Source: Blastocystis sp. Blastoise (Eukaryota > Protista > Bigyra: Opalinata). Taken from it: a stretch of 64,000 nucleotides of DNA. Under the pieces are notes generated by a model that was given only the letters and a program-made list of their open reading frames with translations, searched no databases and was not told where the DNA came from. The translations under genes were made by a program, and so were the position numbers. Where the stretch lies: NCBI GenBank assembly GCA_039096225.1, contig JBBPEB010000026.1, forward strand, positions 744,001-808,000, written 5' to 3'. Shown piece by piece: positions 55,534 to 64,000 of the stretch; the stretch's first letter is position 1, and each line of letters opens with the position of its first letter.

Positions 55534-58345
55534 ATGAGATTATTAGATAAAAAGATACAAAAGGTATTAAGTCTTCAAACTACAAAGCCAGAAGTCTTGG
55601 AAGCACTTGATTCTTTTTCTGATTTTTTTGTTGCTACAGATAATGCTATTGATGCTCGAAAGAGCATGAGATTAACATTAGAAGGAATTGGTATCGATAT
55701 TTCAAAGAAGTTTTCTTCTGAATTACAAAGTTTTTTCCAAGTATATGTTCTTTTTATTAAAAAAGTTTTATTTGTTTATTACACATAATTTAAAGAGTGT
55801 TCGTGATAATAAAATTTTGTTATTTATAATAATTTAGATTCATTTTATGTTTTTATTTATAGGTATTTAATAATTTTTCAAAATCTCTGCAAGAAGTTGA
55901 AGAAACTTGTGATGAAATTGAACATAAATTAGATACGACATGGGATGAAGCGTCTCTTGTATATAATCATATTAATGAAACCAATGAAATGACGTATATA
56001 TTTTTATTTTTATTATGTTTATTATGTTTGTTGATTTTATTATGTTTTTTTTTTTTATTATTTTTATTATTTTCATATTTTTTTTTTATGTTTATTTTTT
56101 TATTTTATTATATTTATTTCTATTATTTATTATTTCTATTATATTTTTTATATTTATTATATTTATTATATTATTTTTCTTAATATAAATATATATTAAT
56201 ATATTATGATTACTTCTTTATTACTATCTTTCTATTAAATAATAATATTATATAGTATATTAATGGATACGCGCCGAAAGAAGATTTCTGAGTTTTTATC
56301 AAAATATTCGTTATCGGATGCTGAAGAAGCTATATTCTTAGATGAGAAAATACTAGATGATAATAATTATGAGTTTTTTAATATACATAATAAGACATTA
56401 ACAATACGTAAAAGTTGTGATGAATTATTAAAAGATCCTTATTGTATATTATCCTGTACTGTTCAGTTATTAGAACGTGTGTCTAGACAACAAGAGGAAG
56501 CTTATAAAATGCTATTTGCATGGACTCAAAAACAATTAGGTCAATTAACAAATTCAACTTATGTTCAAGATAATAATGATTTAAAGTTTTTATTCTTTCA
56601 AAAAGCATTTATTACGTTACGAGAACGTCCTTCTTATTTTGATCATTGTTTAGAATTATTAAATAATAGTCGTAAAACAGTTATTACTAAGAAATTCAAT
56701 GAATTACAACGTACGTGGAAACAAAGTAAAAAACAAGGTTTATATGTTAGTTTAATTAGTGATTTATTCGCATCTATTCATCAAATTATGGGATCTGAAG
56801 CTGAATTCTATCAAAGTGTACTTACAAATGAAAAGATAGGAGATGAGACTATTGCTAATAATAATAAAGATAATAATAATAATGATGTTATTATGAAGAA
56901 TATGAATTTATTAAAGAAATCTTTAGATATTGTTTTCTCTGGTATTTTATCACCTCTAAATGTATATATATATAGTTGTTATTCATGTTTCTATATTCTA
57001 TATACACTATTTTTATACTGAATAGATATACTTTATAGTCTATATTTATATATAGTCAATTATATATATATATATTCAATTATATATATATAGGATATAT
57101 TAGAAGAAGCAGTAATGTATGAGACTAAAGTTCAAGATTTATTTACTCTTCATCAATTATTAACATTTTATTGTCATTCTTATGAACGATTCTTATCTTT
57201 AGATGGACCTCTCTTAACTATGCTGAATCAAGCTGAAATCTCTATTTGGGATACTATATGTAGTCTTATGTCTGAAAAAGTGTCCAAATCGAATTATAAT
57301 ACGTTATTATTCTCTGTAGATGTCTCACCACTTCCAGTAGTTCAAGAATTTGTGTCTATTATGACATCCTCACTTATTACGTATGTATATATTGTTTTTT
57401 TTTTAATTATATTTATTATTTATTTAATAAATAATTATAAGTTTTTTTTATATATATTTTATAAATAATTATATGCTGTTTTTTATTTTTTTAATAAATA
57501 ATTATAAGCTAATTTTTTATATATTTTCTAAATAATTATAAGCTGTTTTTTATATATTTAATAAATAATTATAATTTCATTATTATTATACATCATAAAA
57601 TTATAATATTCATTAAATGTTTTCTCTATATATAGTTTTGATACGTCATTATTAGAAAGTAATAAAAAAACAGAATTATTTAATCAATTAGCTGAAGCTA
57701 CTATTTCTCCTTTATTAGTAGTATGTCAAAAGAGTTTTCGTAGTATTGATTCAACTGAAACACCTATATTTATGATTAATACACTTGAAGAATTAAGAAA
57801 ATTATTAGTTACATATTCATTTACTGTAAAATGGGTTATGAAATGTGCGGATGAATTAGAATATTGGATGGATAAGATTATTCATGAAAAAGTATTTTGA
57901 AATGTTATATTTTTTTAATTTTATTATTATTTTATTTTTTTATGATAGTTTATTCTTATTACATTAGTATATCAACTATATTTATATAACAAAATAGGTT
58001 ACTGGATTATTAAAACAATCAAACTTATTAGATGCTATTCAATATTTAGAAACAAAACCAAAAGATCAACCATTAAGTGCTTATCCTAATGCATCGCCAT
58101 TAATTATTGAAAGAGGTAGTCAAGCATTAGTTTCGAAAATGTATGCTTCTATTGCTCCAGAGTATTCCAAAATCACAGCTAAAGTTAGAGAACGAGCTCG
58201 TCTTGAAGCTTCTCGTTCTATTGCAGATGCTTATGAAAAATTATATAATGCTATTCATGATCCTTATAATGGATATATAAGTCCTGATAATATTATGATT
58301 CATACACCAAAACAAATACGTACATTACTTGATTGTGATAATTAA
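55534..58345 (+). CDS. COG6: Conserved oligomeric Golgi complex subunit 6
   Basis: 'FLSKYSLSDAEE', 'QEEAYKMLFAWTQ', 'LRERPSYFDHCLE', 'IFMINTL' and C-terminal 'HTPKQIRTLL' match the COG6 pattern. Confidence 0.85.
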
Positions 58346-58750
58346 ACTATTTTAAAACCAATCGGTTTTATTAATTATAACTTTTTTAAATAATTTTATT
58401 TAATATTAACTGAACTCTTACTAGTATTGCTCTTCTTTTTTTATTTTGAATACTTATATATTCTTATTATTCTATTCTTAAGGTCATTTTTTCTTGTAAT
58501 TGTTTTTTCCAACTCTATCCTGGTTTCGTTCTATTCACTATATCAATCGTCGTCTATAGTATATGTTGAGCACATTTCTTTAAAGTTTAAGAAGATCATT
58601 GTAACATTTTCTTGCTTTTTTCTAATAGATTATCTTTTCATGATTATTTCAATTGTTTGACTTAAAAAGTTCATATAATCATAGAAAAATAATATATTAT
58701 TTTATTCTGACTTAGTTGTGTTATTTCTTCACTGTATTGAAATTAAAACA

Positions 58751-59375
58751 ATGTCAGCTAACGATAAATTGATGGAATTCTTCAATGAGGTTGACAGTCT
58801 TCCTGTTCCAAAACCAATTACAACACCTCTTGCTTCATCTACACCAGTTGTATGTATTTTATTATTTATATCATAGACTATATGTTTTCTAATTTCTTAT
58901 AGCTTATTTCTACTAGTTATAAAGTATCTACTCCACAAGAAGATTGTATTTTTTTATTTTATATACTATTTATTCTATATTATTTAGTTTCTCAATTGAG
59001 AACAGCATCTGTGTATGATTCTATGAAGAAATAAAAAGAAATTATTATATATAGACCTGTATCACCAATTCCTCAGATTCAACCGTATTTTATTTTAATT
59101 CTCTTTTCTATAATTTATTTTGTTTATATATAATTATATAGTTCTACAATGGTTACAACAGACAATGTAAATGCACCAACACAAAAACAAGTAGAACGAC
59201 AACAAAGTGGATATAAAGTGAATCCTGTATTTTTATTATTATGTTTATTATGTTTATTATGTTTATTATGTTTATTATGTTTATTATATTTATTATATAG
59301 GCTAAATTACGAGTTTCTGGAGATAAGAAATTCTTCCGTCGTGCTGCTGGTCACACATGGCAAGATCCATCATAT

Positions 59376-59461
<86 letters not shown>

Positions 59462-60029
59462 GTTACACCATTACTATTAATATTATTATTATTATTATTA
59501 TTATTATTTGAGATATTATATTCTTTAACAATAATACATTAGCAGATTGGCCTGATAATGATTTCCGATTATTTATTGGTAATTTAGGGAAGAAGACTAA
59601 AGACGATGTTTTAACTGCACTATTTAGTCAGTAAGGAGCTAATTTTATATATTGATTATTATTGATCTATAGATTTGTTTTTATCTTTAGATATTTTTAT
59701 ATATTTTTTATTTTTTTTCATCTATTTTTCTTTATTTTAATTATTTTTTTAACTTTCTCTATTCTTTTTATTTTTTTTTAAATTTTACTACATATTCTAT
59801 ATTCTCTCCTATTCTCTATATTCTCTCTTTATTTTCTCTTTATTTTCTCTTTATTTTCTCTTTATTTTCTCATATTTTCTCTTGTATTTTCTATTTTATC
59901 TATAGTTATCCTTCATTTAATCGTGCCAAAGTAATTTGGGATAAACGAAAGGATAGAACGAAAGGATATGGTTTTGTTTCCTTTATGGATCCATTAGAAG
60001 CTATTCGAGCTATGAAAGAACAAAATGGT

Positions 60030-60072
<43 letters not shown>

Positions 60073-60493
60073 TAATATTGTATTCTTTATATATTACTAT
60101 TCAATACTATATTATATTTTATGTATATTAAGTTTCTATTCTTTAAATATATATATAATACATTTAAAAAAATGTATATTAAAAATATGTAATTAATTTT
60201 CTCTATTATTCAATATATATATAAAGGTAAGTTTTGTGGTGATAAACCTATGATGATTCAAAAAGGACAATGGAAGAAGAGAGATGAAAAAGTGATATCC
60301 TTATATATATATATAAAAGTATATTAATATAATAAACATATTTGCTTAATTTTAATATAATAAATATATTAATAAACTATTTTTAATATAATAAATATAT
60401 TTTCTTAATTTATTGTTTTACGTGAAAATTGATGAACGAAAATTAAAGAAAAGTTTCAAAGAAATACAAGAAAGCAGAGGATCTGTTTTTTAA
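58751..60493 (+). CDS. RBM42: RNA-binding protein 42 (RRM, spliceosome-associated)
   Basis: 'RRAAGHTWQDPS|LADWPDNDFRLFIGNLG', 'YPSFNRAKVIWDKRKDRTKGYGFVSFMDP' and 'AMKEQNGKFCGDKPM'. Confidence 0.93.
59372..59537 (+). other. U12-type AT-AC intron in RBM42
   Basis: Donor ATATCCT, branch TTCTTTAAC at 59521, 3' end AC; splicing restores the conserved WQDPSLADW. Confidence 0.92.
60295..60421 (+). other. U12-type AT-AC intron in RBM42
   Basis: Donor ATATCCTT, branch-like TTCTTAAT at about 60402, 3' end AC; splicing gives WKKRDEKV|VKIDERKLKK in frame. Confidence 0.85.
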
Positions 60494-61279
60494 AAGGATT
60501 CTATTTATTTGAAATACTTTAAAAATATTTTTATTTTTCTTCTTCATTGATTTACGTATTTGTTCACAACTATTGTTTCGCTATTAGTTGTATATATAAA
60601 TATATTAACATATCAAATAAATATATAGAAATCAATTTTTAACAGAGCATTCTCATAAGTATTTGAGAAACGATTGCATCCTTTTATTTCGATTCCTATT
60701 AAAAATCTTTTTTTTTTTAAGGAAAAACACCATTATCGTGAACTGCACTAGCTATCGAATGTTTGAATGATATTAATATCTATATTTACTTTAACATTAA
60801 TAAATTTTATGCTATTAAACATAACTGCTACAAATTCATAATAAGCCAAATTATGTATATATAATTTAACAGTGTATATGATAAATTTCCTAAATCTAGC
60901 CATAAATAAATACATATTTCAAATCTATTTCTAAAAGAATGCATTTAATTTTATCATTTATTATCTTTATAAATTACTGAAATCATTTTAGACAATATAA
61001 GACAAAGAAAATAGATAAATATACTAATAATCATGTTTACTTTTCTATTAAACTAGTTCCAATCATTATGAATCACAAGATGAATAGTTTACAAAATCTT
61101 GTAAGCAATAAGATGATATAAATACTTGTATAACAAACGCAAAATGCTATAAAAAATATCTTTAAAAATTTCAAAAATAACTAAGGGAAAAACGTAATTG
61201 TGAGTTGTATTTTAATTTTTTGTTTCTTATTTTGAACAAGATTTTTTTGTTTGAATAATTACATCAATAGTCCTTTACA

Positions 61280-64000
<2,721 letters not shown>

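Overview
Extremely AT-rich, intron-dense eukaryotic DNA. It is probably a stramenopile, and a Blastocystis-like lineage is inferred from TGTTTGTT motifs 3' of genes and from the Ig-repeat surface proteins. Most short ORFs in the supplied track are artefacts of (TA)n/(TAT)n intron microsatellites. Hand splicing gives about 14 intact-looking protein genes: a cNMP-kinase-PP2C fusion, a GT31 galactosyltransferase, a large secreted protein, a mitochondrial carrier, a metallophosphoesterase, a C2-like tail-anchored protein, MCM6, an Ig-repeat surface protein, a second glycosyltransferase, RRP7, ZNF207/BuGZ, COG6, RBM42 and an Arb2/FAM172-FYVE-AGC kinase fusion. There is also a tRNA-Cys and a LIM-PH pseudogene. 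Main observations: (1) an 8.4-kb non-autonomous hAT-like element at 32122-40502, with imperfect CAG termini, an 8-bp target duplication and TGTCAC subterminal repeats, carries an intron-rich filamin-repeat cargo gene and two tRNA-like Pol III modules; (2) five frame-restoring U12-type AT-AC minor introns, three in the cargo gene and two in RBM42; (3) two further non-canonical splice donors; (4) two unusual kinase domain fusions. All gene models were read by eye; no database search was run.
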